Source: a virus. From it: a stretch of DNA of 64,000 nucleotides. The stretch is taken from positions 3,017-67,016 of IMG/VR virus record IMGVR_UViG_3300006175_000011, one strand, 5' to 3'. Of this stretch, positions 63,919 through 64,000 are shown one piece after another; positions within the stretch are counted from its first letter, which is position 1, and the number at the start of each line of letters is the position of its first letter. Both the position numbers and the translations under genes were made by a program. The notes beneath the pieces are model-generated. The model was given only the letters and a program-made list of their open reading frames with translations. It searched no databases and was not told where the DNA came from.

Positions 63919-64000
63919 GTCAATTCCTCTCCACAAACTTCAAGGTGAAACTCACCATCTCAAAGTCGTCGTGGAGTGTATCGGTTGATTGTCCGACGCC

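Noticed and set aside
1-64000. tRNA genes, integrase/att sites, introns or inteins, reverse transcriptase, 7-deazaguanine genes
   Set aside because: None were recognised by eye. A G-directed (RG) modification encoded outside the window cannot be excluded

Overview
This is a 64 kb stretch of a tailed dsDNA phage genome. It is siphovirus-like, probably lytic (no integrase or repressor seen), and the host is probably alphaproteobacterial, judging by the GTA-type tail tip and a CtrA-like DNA-binding protein. Layout: (i) 1-6105, minus strand: family A DNA polymerase with a degenerate UDG-like N-terminal domain, plus a pyrimidine-modification operon (dCMP deaminase, two thymidylate-synthase-fold paralogues with the dCMP-type Asp, MazG-like pyrophosphatase, dNMP kinase). 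(ii) Primase-helicase. (iii) About 8.7-33 kb of small early and accessory genes, including an aGPT-Pplase1-family DNA hypermodification protein, ligase and ThyX. (iv) 33-59.5 kb: terminase, head, tail and lysis genes. (v) 59.5-64 kb, minus strand: J-domain protein, spanins, CtrA-like regulator, SNF2 helicase, VRR-NUC and an NDT-like protein. The most striking signal is a ~600 bp island (18181-18784) with only 9 CC/CT/GG/AG dinucleotides by hand count. The same avoidance occurs around the -10/+1 region of most early promoters. About ten of these promoters also carry a covarying GC-AATNAC-GC hairpin just before the ribosome binding site. Together with the enzyme set, this suggests (inference) a sequence-context-specific DNA hypermodification system, probably on cytosine, with modification-free windows kept for transcription. 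There is also a hairpin-based early regulon and a candidate antisense RNA with minigenes. All family assignments come from motif recognition by eye; no database search was run.
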